Origin: Burkholderiales bacterium
GTDB lineage: Bacteria > Pseudomonadota > Gammaproteobacteria > Burkholderiales > WYBJ01
Assembly (NCBI GenBank): GCA_020848435.1
Contig: JADLAC010000037.1
Span: forward strand, 2,551 to 66,550
Length of the DNA: 64,000 nucleotides
Direction: 5' to 3'
Shown here: piece after piece, positions 40,879 to 50,539 of the stretch
Layout: every line of letters starts with the position of its first letter
How positions within the stretch are numbered: the stretch's first letter is position 1
The notes under the pieces: generated by a model
Databases searched by the model: none
Told to the model about the DNA's origin: nothing
The model's input: the letters and a program-made list of their open reading frames with translations, nothing else
Translations under genes and position numbers: made by a program

Positions 40879-42638
40879 CGACGACCAGGATGAAGCCCGT
40901 CGATGCCGTCATCGTCGGCAGCGGCGTGGTCGGCTCGATCATGTCGATGGAGCTGGCCAATGCCGGCCTGAAGGTCCTCTGTCTCGAGCGCGGCCGCATG
41001 TCCGATCCGCAGCACGACTTCGTCATGCCCTACGTGCACGACGAGCTTCGCTTCGATCGCCACAGCGACATCTTTCAGAATCTCTCGCGCGAAACCATCA
41101 CCTTTCGCAACAACGCGAGCGAGACGGCGCTGCCGATGCGCGAGCTGGGCTCGTTCAAGCCCGGCGAGATCGTCGGCGGCACGGCGGCGCACTGGGGCTG
41201 CAACGCACGTCGCTTTCTCCCGCACGATTTCGAGTTTCGCAGTCGCGTCAGCGAACGCTACGGCCGCAATGCCTTCCCGGAGGATTGCACCAGCCAGGAC
41301 TGGGGCGTGAGCTACGACGAGCTCGAGCCCTACTACGATCAGTTCGAGCACATCTACGGTGTGGGCGGCAAGGCGGGCAACCTGAACGGCGTGATCCAGC
41401 CCGGAGGCAATCCGCACGAGGGAGCGCGCTCGCGCGAGTATCCGAATCCGCCGACGCGCAGGACGCCGCAGGGCGAAATCTTCGCCAAGGCCGCGAGCGA
41501 GTTGGGCTACACGCCCTTCCAGGGTCCGGCCGCCGCCATGACGCAAGACTACGACAACCTGTACAAGCTCAGGCTGGGCCAGTGCCAGCGCGGCGGATTC
41601 TGCAGCAGCCACGCCTGTTCACAAGGCGCGAAGGCCAATCCGTTGACCGCCGTATTGCCCGCGCTCTACCGCAAGGACAACGTCGAAATCCGCCCGCTCT
41701 GCAACGTGATCAAGGTCAATACCGATTCCACCGGCAAGCAGGCGACCGGAGTGACCTATATCGACGCCCGCGGCCGGCAAGTCGAGCAGCCCGCGGATCT
41801 CGTCGTCCTGGCCACGTACTGCTTCAACAACACCCGGTTGTTGCTGCTATCGGGCATCGGCACGCCCTACGATCCGCTTACGGCGCGCGGCGTCGTCGGC
41901 CGCAACTACTCTTACCAGAGCGGCGGCCGGGTGCACGTATTCTTCGACGATCGCGAGTTCAATCCCTTCATTGGCGGGGGCATGGTCAATACCTCCATCG
42001 ACGATTTGAACGGCGACGTGATCGATCGCTCCGGCTTGGGTTTCGTCGGCGGCGCCTACGTCGCCGTCGCGAGCAGCGGTGCGACGCCGATCAAATCCAA
42101 GCCCGTTCCCGAGGGCACGCCGCGCTGGGGCGGTGAGTGGAAGAAGGCGGTCGCGCACAATTACCGGCGCACGTTCGCCATCGGCATCCACGGCTCGTGC
42201 CAGAGCTATCGGCAGAACTATCTCGACCTGGACCCGACATACCGCGACGCGAACGGGTTGCCGCTGCTGCGCATGACCTTCGACTGGCACAAGAACGAGC
42301 AGAAGATGCTGGCGTGGGTGTACCAGCGCTGCATCGAGATCGCAAGAGCGATGAAGCCCGCCAAGCACGCGGCCCACCACATCCCCACCAAGTACAGCAT
42401 CATCCCGTACCAGAGCACCCACAACATGGGCGGCGCAGTGATGGGCGCTGACCCCGCGACCAGCGTGGTGAACAAGTATCTCCAGTCCTGGGACGTGTCG
42501 AACCTGTTCGTGGTCGGCGGCAGTGCCTTTCCGCACAACGCCGCCCAGGGTCCGACCGAGACCATCGGCATGCTGGCGTGCTGGGCGGCCGACGGCATCA
42601 AGGACGTGTATCTGAAGCATCCGGGACCGATGGTCTGA
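40875..42638 (+). CDS. GMC-family FAD oxidoreductase (gluconate 2-dehydrogenase flavoprotein-subunit-like)
   Basis: 587 aa from ATG 40875. MTTTRMKPVDAVIVGSGVVGSIMSMELANAGLKVLCLERG (GxGxxG)...STHNMGGAVMGADPATSVVNKYLQSWDVSNLFVVGGSAFP... The upstream part of the 756-aa track ORF overlaps the gamma-subunit gene in another frame and is rejected. Confidence 0.88.
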   Translation: MTTTRMKPVDAVIVGSGVVGSIMSMELANAGLKVLCLERGRMSDPQHDFVMPYVHDELRFDRHSDIFQNLSRETITFRNNASETALPMRELGSFKPGEIVGGTAAHWGCNARRFLPHDFEFRSRVSERYGRNAFPEDCTSQDWGVSYDELEPYYDQFEHIYGVGGKAGNLNGVIQPGGNPHEGARSREYPNPPTRRTPQGEIFAKAASELGYTPFQGPAAAMTQDYDNLYKLRLGQCQRGGFCSSHACSQGAKANPLTAVLPALYRKDNVEIRPLCNVIKVNTDSTGKQATGVTYIDARGRQVEQPADLVVLATYCFNNTRLLLLSGIGTPYDPLTARGVVGRNYSYQSGGRVHVFFDDREFNPFIGGGMVNTSIDDLNGDVIDRSGLGFVGGAYVAVASSGATPIKSKPVPEGTPRWGGEWKKAVAHNYRRTFAIGIHGSCQSYRQNYLDLDPTYRDANGLPLLRMTFDWHKNEQKMLAWVYQRCIEIARAMKPAKHAAHHIPTKYSIIPYQSTHNMGGAVMGADPATSVVNKYLQSWDVSNLFVVGGSAFPHNAAQGPTETIGMLACWAADGIKDVYLKHPGPMV

Positions 42639-42680
42639 TAGGCGCACACGCGCCGCCAGTGCAGGGCGTCGAAGGTCTGG

Positions 42681-43925
42681 CTAGGCCGGCGCCGCGCGCG
42701 GCAGACCGTGCGGCTTCGACGGCGGGCGCAGGAGCGCGAACGCGAGCTGCACCGCGCCCGCCGTGAGTCCGAGCGACACGCCGACCTTCCAGGCGAGGTC
42801 GTACGAACCCAGCGCGTCGTAGATCAACCCGCCGCCGAACGCGCCCACGCAGCTTCCTATCTGGTGGCTGACGAAAGCCATGCCCTGGATCATCGGCTGC
42901 CAGCGCAAGCCGAACATGTCGGCCACCGCGCCGGCGATCAGCGGGCTCACGCCCAGCCACAGGAAACCCATCGCGCCCGCGAACAGGATCGTGCTCTGCG
43001 GCGTGGGCGGCAGGCGGAAATAGAGGATGAGCACGAGCGAACGGGCGATGTAGAGAAAACCCAGCAGCGCGAGCTTGTTCCAGCGCTGGCCCGCCCAACC
43101 GAAGAACAGGCACCCCACGACGTTGAAGCCGGCGATCGTCCCTAACGCCTGCGCGCTCAGCATCGGATCCATGCCGCAGAGATCGAGATACGAGGGCAGA
43201 TGCGTGGTGAGAAAGACCAACTGCATGCCGCAGACGAAATAGGCGCAAGCCATGACGACGAAGGGCGGATGCCGTGCCGCCGCCCGCAACGCCACGCGCG
43301 CCGATGTGCCGCCGATCTCGCTGCCGGATGTCAGCGGCAACGGCACCCGGTCGATCTTGCTCGCAAACCACGCCGCCGGCAGCATGCAAAGCGCCATGGC
43401 GACCAATCCACCCATGCCGACGCGCCAACCATAGGCCTGGGCCAAGCTCTGGCCGATCGGCGCGGAGATGAGCGCGCCGAGCGACCCGACCGCCGTCACC
43501 ATGCCCAGCGTGATGCTGCGCACGTGCAGCGGTACCGCGCGCGAGGCGACCGAGTTCGCCATGGCCGATGCGGTGCACGCCATCGCCAAGCCGAGGCAGA
43601 CGCCGGCGCCGAGAATGACGCTCGCCATGCCCTGGGCAGTGGCGAGCAATAGCAGGCCCGTGATATAGAGCGACGCGCCGCCGAAAAGCAGCGGCCGGTA
43701 GCCATGACGCACGACCAGCGCGCCGACGTAGGCCTGCACCGTGCCCCAGGCGAGATTCTGGATGGCGATGGCGAGGGTGAAGTCCGACATCGACAGCGCG
43801 AGGTCGCGCGTCAATGGCGGCGCGAACAGACCGAGGCTCTGGCGCAGGCCGATGCTCATCGTGAGCATGATCGCTGCACCGATCACGATCGAGGCGTTGG
43901 GGCGGATGGCGCGCAGGTGGTTCAT
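42681..43925 (-). CDS. MFS transporter
   Basis: 414 aa with about 12 hydrophobic segments. ...AIQNLAWGTVQAYVGALVVRHGYRPLLFGG... is an MFS loop 2-3-like motif. Confidence 0.85.
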   Translation of the reverse strand: MNHLRAIRPNASIVIGAAIMLTMSIGLRQSLGLFAPPLTRDLALSMSDFTLAIAIQNLAWGTVQAYVGALVVRHGYRPLLFGGASLYITGLLLLATAQGMASVILGAGVCLGLAMACTASAMANSVASRAVPLHVRSITLGMVTAVGSLGALISAPIGQSLAQAYGWRVGMGGLVAMALCMLPAAWFASKIDRVPLPLTSGSEIGGTSARVALRAAARHPPFVVMACAYFVCGMQLVFLTTHLPSYLDLCGMDPMLSAQALGTIAGFNVVGCLFFGWAGQRWNKLALLGFLYIARSLVLILYFRLPPTPQSTILFAGAMGFLWLGVSPLIAGAVADMFGLRWQPMIQGMAFVSHQIGSCVGAFGGGLIYDALGSYDLAWKVGVSLGLTAGAVQLAFALLRPPSKPHGLPRAAPA

Positions 43926-44305
43926 GTCGGTCTTGGCGGGCTCCTATCGGTTGGCGTCCGGCGCGAAGCGATGCATCCCGCCGCCGTCAGCCGGCGCCTC
44001 GATGTCCAGGAGCAACGAACGACTGCGATCGCAACCGACCCGGGCTTCAAAGTCGGGACGAACGATAGCACAGCTTCGCGCGCGACTTCGATCGCGCCGA
44101 TTGACAACGCATATTGGCGGGCGTAAACAAGGCCGGAGTCTGGCAGGCAGACCAGCGTTCGAAGGGACCGACCAACGGACAGACGACGTTTTCCGGTCGA
44201 GCGAACCTGACGCGTTCGGGTCCCCGGAAGACGTGGCCTGTTCCCTCTGATTCCCTGAGGTCTGCTCGACTCGAAAAACGTGGTCTTTCCCCCCAGGAGA
44301 AGCGC

Positions 44306-45646
44306 ATGTCCGAGCCCACACCCATCGGCGATGCCGCAGCGCGTTTCATCGCCGCAACCCCGCGCCGGCAGCACGCCCCCGAAGTGCTCGACGCCGCCAA
44401 GATGTGCCTGGTCGATTGGCTGGGCGTCGCGCTGGGCGCGGCGCGGGAACCCGCAGCGCTGGCCGTGCGCCGGGCGGCCGAGAAATGGCGCAGCCAGGGA
44501 AGCGCGCACATCCTGCTCGGGCCGGCCATGGCGCCTACGGCCGCGGCGCTCGTCAACGGCACCATGGCGCACTGCATGGATTTCGACGATACCCACGCCG
44601 ACGGCGCCGGCCACATCAGCGCGCCGACCTGGGCGGCCGCATTGGCGCTGGCGGAGCACCATGGCCGGAGCGAGTCCGATGCGCTCGCCGCATTCATCGC
44701 CGGTTTCGAGATCTCGGCGCGCCTGGGCGCGGGCGGCTTCGGACGCAAGCTCCAACACCTCGGCTTTCATCCCAGCTCGGTGTTCGGGCGCTTTTCCGCC
44801 GCCGCCGCGGCCAGCGTGCTCATCGGCCTCGATGAAACACAAGTCGCGCACGCGCTCGGTGTCGCCGGCACGACCGCCGGCGGGCTCAATGCCTCCTTCG
44901 GCACCATGAGCAAACCCTTCCACTTGGGCAAGGCGGCCATCGACGGCATACTCGCGGCGCAAGTCGCGGCCGAAGGATTCGAGGCGGCCACGAATCTGCT
45001 CGATGCCGACAACGCCCTGGCGGCGACGCTGGTTCAGGACCGCTCGCTTCGCATCGAGCCGACGGCGTTCACCGACGGCCTCGCCCTGCTGCGCAACGCG
45101 TACAAGCCCTATGCGTGCTGCAAGGCCACCCATGCCTGCGTCGATGCCGCGCGCGAGCTGAGCGCCAAGGTCCAAGCGGATGCGATTCGGCGCGTGGTCA
45201 TGGGCGCGTCACCGATGACCTTGCGCGTAGCAGCGCGCCCCGACCCGCAAACGCCGCTCGAGGGCAAGTTCAGCGTCGCCTTCTGCACCGCGCTCGGCCT
45301 GTCCGGCTATCCCGCCGTCGATCGCGATTTTTCCGAGGCGCGCTTGCGTGATCCCAAGCTACGCGCCTTGGTCGCCAAGTCCGAGCTTGCCGTGCAGCCG
45401 AATACGGATCTCGCCGAGGGTTTCGTCGAGGTGACCCTTGCTGATGGGCGCACGTTGCGTGCCGATGTGCCGCTCGCCCGCGGCAATCCCGGCAACCCGA
45501 TGAGCTGGCCGAGCATGGAGGCCAAGTTCACCGGGCTGGTCGAGCCCGTGCTCGGCCGCGACACCAAGCCGCTGTTCGAAGCGCTGCGCCGGTTCGAAGC
45601 GCCCGGCACGCTGGCACAATTGATCGCTCTGGTCGCGCGCGCATAG
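44306..45646 (+). CDS. MmgE/PrpD family protein, paralogue 2
   Basis: 446 aa from ATG 44306 (AGGAGAA upstream). ...LVDWLGVALGAA...ALVNGTMAHCMDFDDTHADGAGHISAPTWAAALALAE...GFEI...KPYACCKATHA... Confidence 0.9.
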   Translation: MSEPTPIGDAAARFIAATPRRQHAPEVLDAAKMCLVDWLGVALGAAREPAALAVRRAAEKWRSQGSAHILLGPAMAPTAAALVNGTMAHCMDFDDTHADGAGHISAPTWAAALALAEHHGRSESDALAAFIAGFEISARLGAGGFGRKLQHLGFHPSSVFGRFSAAAAASVLIGLDETQVAHALGVAGTTAGGLNASFGTMSKPFHLGKAAIDGILAAQVAAEGFEAATNLLDADNALAATLVQDRSLRIEPTAFTDGLALLRNAYKPYACCKATHACVDAARELSAKVQADAIRRVVMGASPMTLRVAARPDPQTPLEGKFSVAFCTALGLSGYPAVDRDFSEARLRDPKLRALVAKSELAVQPNTDLAEGFVEVTLADGRTLRADVPLARGNPGNPMSWPSMEAKFTGLVEPVLGRDTKPLFEALRRFEAPGTLAQLIALVARA

Positions 45647-45684
45647 GATCGCCGCGAGCGCGCCGCTGCCAGTACGCATCGGCT

Positions 45685-46674
45685 ATGAGGCCATTCATGT
45701 CCCAAGGCGTGCGAACGGCCGCCGTCATCGCGACGCTCGCGCTCGCAACCGGGGCGAGCGACTCGACGCTCGCCCAGCCGTATCCGAATCGCCCGATCCG
45801 CATCGTGGTCGCGTATCCGCCGGGCGGCGGCGCGGACGTGCTCGCCCGTGCGCTCGGCCAGAAATTGACCGAGACCTGGGGCCAGCAGGTCGTGATCGAC
45901 AATCGCCCCGGTGGAGGCGCCAACATCGGCGCGGAGCTCGCGGCGCGTGCGACCCCCGACGGCTACACGCTGTTCGAAGCGACGCTTACGCATGCGGTCA
46001 ACGCCAGCTTGTACGCCAAGCTGCACTACGACCTGCTGAAGGATTTCGCGCCAATCATTCTGTTATCGAGCGTGCCGGGCGTCCTGGTCGTTCATCCCTC
46101 GCTGCCCGTGCACTCCACCCGCGAGCTCATCGACTACGCCAAAGCGCGGCCGGGCAAGCTCAACTACGCATCCACCGGCAGCGGCGGGCCGCAGCATCTG
46201 GGCATGGAGCTGTTCAAGACCTTGAGCGGAGCCGACCTGACGCACGTGCCGTACAAGGGGGCGGCGCCGGCGCTGACCGACCTCATCGGCGGGCAAGTGC
46301 ATTCGATGCTCGGCAACATGATTTCGACGCTTCCGCACATGCGCTCGGGAAAGCTGCGCGCGCTCGCGGTGACGAGCGCGAAGCGCTCGCAAGCGGCAGC
46401 GGAGCTGCCGACGATCGCGGAGAGTGGCGTCGCGGGCTTCGAATCGGGCTCGTGGTTCGGGCTCGTGGCGCCGGCGGGCACACCGCACCCGATCCTCCAG
46501 ACCATCAACGCCGAGGCAAACCGCGTCCTCGCGTCGGCGGAATTGCGCAAGCGCCTCGGCGCGGACGGCGCGGAACTGATCGGTGGCACAGCGCAAGCTT
46601 TCGGCGACTATCTACGCAGCGAAATCGACAAGTGGGCGAAGGTGGTGAGATTCGCCAAGATGCGCGTGGAATGA
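45685..46674 (+). CDS. Bug/TctC-family periplasmic solute-binding protein
   Basis: 329 aa. ...AAVIATLALATGASDSTLAQPYPNRPIRIVVAYPPGGGAD, DNRPGGGAN, PDGYTLF, HVPYKG. Confidence 0.9.
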   Translation: MRPFMSQGVRTAAVIATLALATGASDSTLAQPYPNRPIRIVVAYPPGGGADVLARALGQKLTETWGQQVVIDNRPGGGANIGAELAARATPDGYTLFEATLTHAVNASLYAKLHYDLLKDFAPIILLSSVPGVLVVHPSLPVHSTRELIDYAKARPGKLNYASTGSGGPQHLGMELFKTLSGADLTHVPYKGAAPALTDLIGGQVHSMLGNMISTLPHMRSGKLRALAVTSAKRSQAAAELPTIAESGVAGFESGSWFGLVAPAGTPHPILQTINAEANRVLASAELRKRLGADGAELIGGTAQAFGDYLRSEIDKWAKVVRFAKMRVE

Positions 46675-46710
46675 TCGGGTGCGCGTGCGCCCGCGCCACC
46701 CCGCCGCGAT

Positions 46711-47613
46711 CTACAGATCGCGCGCTATCCGAAAGCCTCGACTGTAGAGCCGTATCGTCGTCGGGCTGCCGACGCGATAGGCGGCACGTAAGCCCAAGGG
46801 CCCCTCGTTCCATCCGCCGCCGCGCACCACGCGCAGCGCGCAGTCGCCTCCGGTCCACGCGCGGCCATCGACGGGTGCGCCGTGGTAGTCGCCATTCCAG
46901 CAGTCCTCGGTCCACTCGCCGGCGTTGCCCAGCATGTCGTGCAGACCGAAGCCATTCGGCGCAAAGCTGCCGGCCGGCGCGGTATACGGGTAACGATCGT
47001 TGCAGCGCGCGAGGTGCCAGTCGGTTGCCTCGGCGAGGTTTGCGAGCGTACTCGCATCCGCGCCGTTGACGTGGTTGCAGATCGCGTTCGGATCGTCCCC
47101 CCAGTGGCGCGAGGTGAGCGTGCCCGCTCGCGCCGCGTATTCCCATTCGGCTTCGGTGAGCAATCGGTAAGGCCGGCCGGTCTGTAGGCCGAGCCAGTGC
47201 GCGTAAGCGCGGGCATCCTCCCAGCTCACGCAGGTGGCGGGATGCGAATCGTCCTGAGCGTAGCCCGGATCGAGCCAACTCCTGTTCGGATCGAGCTCGA
47301 ATTGCGCACGCGCCCACACGAAACAACCGCGGCCCGCGCGGCCGGTCGCCTCGACGAAGCGCCTGTACTCACCGCGCGTCACTTCGAACTTGCCGGCCGC
47401 AAACGGCTTCACGCGCACTTCGCGTAGCGGCTCGCTGCGCCCGGCGAAGGACGCGGCCAAGCCTTCGCGTGCCTCCTCGCCCGGCGCTGCACCCATCACG
47501 AACCTGCCGCCGGGCACGACCACCATTTGCGGGCAGTCGGTGCAGTCGGTGAGCGCCTCGCCGGCCGCCACGGCGGATGCTGCCATCAGCCATGCCGTGA
47601 CCCAAGCCCTCAC
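46711..47613 (-). CDS. Formylglycine-generating-enzyme (SUMF1 / FGE-sulfatase) domain protein, probably secreted
   Basis: ...CPQMVVVPGGRFVMGA...HPATCVSWEDARAYAHWL...YRLLTEAEWEYAARAG...PNGFGLHDMLGNAGEWTEDCW...RVVRGGGW... The start is taken as GTG 47613, which gives a signal-like (M)RAWVTAWLMAASAVAA. The track ORF start at 47742 is the alternative. Confidence 0.8.
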   Translation of the reverse strand: MRAWVTAWLMAASAVAAGEALTDCTDCPQMVVVPGGRFVMGAAPGEEAREGLAASFAGRSEPLREVRVKPFAAGKFEVTRGEYRRFVEATGRAGRGCFVWARAQFELDPNRSWLDPGYAQDDSHPATCVSWEDARAYAHWLGLQTGRPYRLLTEAEWEYAARAGTLTSRHWGDDPNAICNHVNGADASTLANLAEATDWHLARCNDRYPYTAPAGSFAPNGFGLHDMLGNAGEWTEDCWNGDYHGAPVDGRAWTGGDCALRVVRGGGWNEGPLGLRAAYRVGSPTTIRLYSRGFRIARDL

Positions 47614-47773
47614 CCGCGGTGTGTGCCTCAAGGCAGTACCACCTGAATAGGAAACAGCCCATGAAGCGCCCACCCGCGGGCACCACTTGCAACCCGCGGC
47701 CAGTCGTAAGCGCGCTGCGCGGGCGCCGTCATGGGTTCGCACTCGCGCCCGAACGATGAGTACCCGACCGGCC

Positions 47774-48784
47774 TCACTCGACTCGAATGTTGGCTGCCTT
47801 GATGACCTTCGCGTATTTCACTTGCTCGTTGCGGATGAAAGTGCGGAATTCGGACGGACCGGCGGCGATGATCTCGAACGCCTGAGCCTCGAAGCTCGCC
47901 TTCACCTCCGGGATTCTCAGCAGCTTCACCGTTTCCTGGTGCATGCGGTTCACGATCGCTGCCGGCGTGCCGGCGGGAAAGAAGCTGCCGAACCAGGATG
48001 TCGCTTCGAAATCGCGCACCCCGGCTTCGATCATCGTGGGCATCTCGGGCATTTGCGGGCTGCGTTTGCGCGACGTCACGGCAAGCCCCTTGAGGCGTCC
48101 TTGCTTCACCAGCGGCGCGCCCGTCGCGAAGCTGGGAAAGCTCACTTGGACTTCATTCGCGACCACCGCGCCCAAACCTTGCGGCGCGCCCTTGTAGAGC
48201 ACGTGCGTAATATCGATGGTCTCCGCGGTTTTCATCATCTCGGCCGCGAGTTGGGCAATGCTGCCCTGGCCATAGGACGAATACAACAGCTTGCCCGGCC
48301 GCTCGCGCGCCAGCGCGACCAGCTCTTTCACCGAGTTGGCCGCGACCGAGGGGTGGATCACCAGCATGAGCGGGAAGCTCTGGACCAGCGTCAGCGGCTG
48401 GAAATCGCGCTCGTTGTCGTACGGGACCTTGTAGATCATCGAGTTCACGACGAAGGCCACCGAGTGCACGAACAGCGTGTAACCGTCCGGGGCAGCGCGC
48501 GCCGCCAGCGTTTGCGCGATGACGCCGTTGGCGCCGCCGCGGTTATCGACGACTATCGTCTGGCCGAGCAGGTCGGTGAGCCGCTGCGCGATCGTGCGAG
48601 CGACGATATCGGTCGGCCCGCCCGCGGGAAACGGCACGAGCATGCGGATAGGACGTTGCGGATACGACGGCACTGCGGGTTGTGCGTGTGCCGCCGGGAC
48701 GCCCGCTACCGCCGCGAGCAGCGCGCCGGCGATGCCCGGGCTCATGCATGCAAGGGCACCAACGCGCCCGAGGCGCTCAGCCAT
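47774..48784 (-). CDS. Bug/TctC-family periplasmic solute-binding protein
   Basis: MAERLGRVGALACMSPGIAGALLAAVAGVPAAHAQPAVPSYPQRPIRMLVPFPAGGPTD, DNRGGANG, PDGYTLFV, HVLYKG. ATG 48784 overlaps the cupin gene end by 8 nt; ATG 48745 is an alternative. Confidence 0.88.
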   Translation of the reverse strand: MAERLGRVGALACMSPGIAGALLAAVAGVPAAHAQPAVPSYPQRPIRMLVPFPAGGPTDIVARTIAQRLTDLLGQTIVVDNRGGANGVIAQTLAARAAPDGYTLFVHSVAFVVNSMIYKVPYDNERDFQPLTLVQSFPLMLVIHPSVAANSVKELVALARERPGKLLYSSYGQGSIAQLAAEMMKTAETIDITHVLYKGAPQGLGAVVANEVQVSFPSFATGAPLVKQGRLKGLAVTSRKRSPQMPEMPTMIEAGVRDFEATSWFGSFFPAGTPAAIVNRMHQETVKLLRIPEVKASFEAQAFEIIAAGPSEFRTFIRNEQVKYAKVIKAANIRVE

Positions 48785-49181
48785 CGCGCCGTTCGCCAGG
48801 CAAGGGGATGGCGGCATCGGCGGAATTCGGATCCGGCCGCACGCTGGTGTAGCCCGCGTTGGTGGTGTAGATGACCACCATGCGGCTGTCGGTCGCCGCC
48901 TTGATGCCGTGCACCAACCCGGCGGGCACGCTCACCAGGCTGCCGGGCATAAGCGGCACTTCGGCGCCCGCTTCGAACGTGATCGCACCGCGGCCTTCGA
49001 CGCAGAATATGACTTCGTCGTCATGGGGATGGACGTGCACCGGCGTCACCTGGCCGGGCTCGTAGCAATTCATCCGCGTCGCCAGGTCCTTCGAGCCGAG
49101 CAGCGGCTGATTGACTCTGGCTGTGGCCGAATAACGCTTGCGGTCGTTGATATTGAGTGATTGAACGCTGGCTTGCGTCAT
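48777..49181 (-). CDS. Cupin domain protein
   Basis: 134 aa from ATG 49181 (AAGGAG upstream). ...GQVTPVHVHPHDDEVIFCVEGRGAITF...VSVPAGLVHGI... carries the two cupin motifs. Confidence 0.85.
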   Translation of the reverse strand: MTQASVQSLNINDRKRYSATARVNQPLLGSKDLATRMNCYEPGQVTPVHVHPHDDEVIFCVEGRGAITFEAGAEVPLMPGSLVSVPAGLVHGIKAATDSRMVVIYTTNAGYTSVRPDPNSADAAIPLPGERRDG

Positions 49182-49265
49182 CGACCTCGTCTCCTTCACC
49201 TCATGCGTCTGCTTGGTCCTACGTTTCGACTGTAACACCAATGCCGCTGCCGTGAACACCGCCTG

Positions 49266-49285
49266 GAGCACCCGACCTGACCCGC
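49266..49285 (+). repeat. Degenerate copy of the dispersed repeat core
   Basis: GAGCACCCGACCTGACCCGC shares the GACCTGACCC core with the copies at 25217, 32350 and 32385. It lies in the divergent cupin/carbamoylase intergenic region. Confidence 0.4.
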
Positions 49286-49407
49286 GGCCGAGCGAAGACG
49301 ATACTATGGGCGCGAGATCGTGCACGACGGCCTAGTCATCCCTTGGGCGTCCGCGGGCAGGTGCAGGCAGCTCGGTGCGATTGGTCAACGACGCCAGGAG
49401 ACCGCTC

Positions 49408-50352
49408 ATGGCCCGCCACATGAAGATCGCCGCTGCGCAGCTCGGTCCGCTGTGTCTCACCGATTCGCGCGAGGCGGCCGTGAAGCGGCTGGTCGCGCTC
49501 ATGCGCGAGGCGCATGGCCAGGGCGCCCGCTTCGTCGTTTTTCCCGAGCTCGCGCTATCGACGTTTTTTCCCCGCTGGTGGTTGGAGGACCAAGCCGAGG
49601 TCGACCGGCGCTTCTTCGAGGCCGCCATGCCCTCGGCCGCGACCCAGCCTCTGTTCGATGAGGGCAAACGCCTCGGCGTCGGCTTCTACCTGGGGTATGG
49701 CGAGCTGATCGCCGCGGACGATCGCATTCGCCGATTCAATACTTCGATCCTGGTCGGTCCCGACGGCGTCGTGATCGGCAAGTATCGCAAGATCCATCTT
49801 CCCGGGCACGCCGAGCACAAACCGGGCGCGCCCTTTCAGCATCTCGAGAAGAAGTACTTCGAGGTGGGCGATCTGGGTTTTCGCGTCTGGCGCTTCATGG
49901 ACACCATCACCGGAATGCTGATCTGCAACGATCGGCGCTGGCCCGAGGCCTTCCGTGTGCTTGCATTGCAGGGGGCCGAGGTGGTGGCGCTGGGTTTCAA
50001 CACCCCGACCGAGAACCTGCATTATCCGGAGCCGCCCGCCCTGCGCGTGCACCATCACCTGATCATGGCGCAATCGATGGCGTTCCAGAATGCCATCTGG
50101 CTCGTCGAAACAGCCAAGTGCGGCGTCGAAGACGGCTTTCGCATGTTCGGTCATTCGCTGATCGTCGCACCCAGCGGCGAGATAGCGGCCAAGTCGACCA
50201 CCGAACAAGACGAGGTGATCTGCTTCAATTGCGACATCGACCTCGCGCAGGACTTGAAACGCACGATGTTCGATTTTGCCGCCCATCGCCGGCCCGAGCA
50301 TTACCGGCTGATCGTCGAACGCGTAGGGGCGGAAGTGACGCCCGCCAACTGA
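49408..50352 (+). CDS. Carbon-nitrogen hydrolase, N-carbamoyl-D-amino-acid hydrolase (D-carbamoylase)-like
   Basis: ATG 49408 follows AGGAG. It has the Glu-Lys-Cys triad contexts ...VVFPELALS..., ...GKYRKIHLPG... and ...GMLICNDRRWPEAFRVLALQGAE... The last is very close to the Agrobacterium D-carbamoylase sequence as I recall it. Confidence 0.85.
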   Translation: MARHMKIAAAQLGPLCLTDSREAAVKRLVALMREAHGQGARFVVFPELALSTFFPRWWLEDQAEVDRRFFEAAMPSAATQPLFDEGKRLGVGFYLGYGELIAADDRIRRFNTSILVGPDGVVIGKYRKIHLPGHAEHKPGAPFQHLEKKYFEVGDLGFRVWRFMDTITGMLICNDRRWPEAFRVLALQGAEVVALGFNTPTENLHYPEPPALRVHHHLIMAQSMAFQNAIWLVETAKCGVEDGFRMFGHSLIVAPSGEIAAKSTTEQDEVICFNCDIDLAQDLKRTMFDFAAHRRPEHYRLIVERVGAEVTPAN

Positions 50353-50360
50353 CAACAACT

Positions 50361-50428
50361 GGCCCCTGGTTCGACCTTGGTCCGGCCCTGGTACGGGGCT
50401 GGGGAGCCTCCGGCCAGGGTCTGACTGA
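50361..50428. repeat. Degenerate 11-12-bp periodic GGNCC..GGTNC tract in a convergent intergenic region
   Basis: GGCCCCTGGTTC GACCTTGGTCC GGCCCTGGTAC GGGGCTGGGGAGCCTCC GGCCAGGGTCT GACTGACG. It follows the same theme as the tracts at 39944 and 55208. Confidence 0.5.
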
Positions 50429-50539
50429 CGAGCCTCGGGCCGCGGTCTATCGCGACGAACCGGTCGCCCTACGATGCGCTCGTCCCTCGGGTCCTAGCGC
50501 GCCGTACCCGCAGCGTGCGCCTTCTCGAACGCTGAGCGC

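Noticed and set aside
46705-46722. Hairpin CGCGATC-TACA-GATCGCG between two convergent genes, as a candidate bidirectional terminator
   Set aside because: The stem is only 7 bp with no flanking T/A runs, and it overlaps the stop codon of the FGE-domain gene. This is too weak to annotate.
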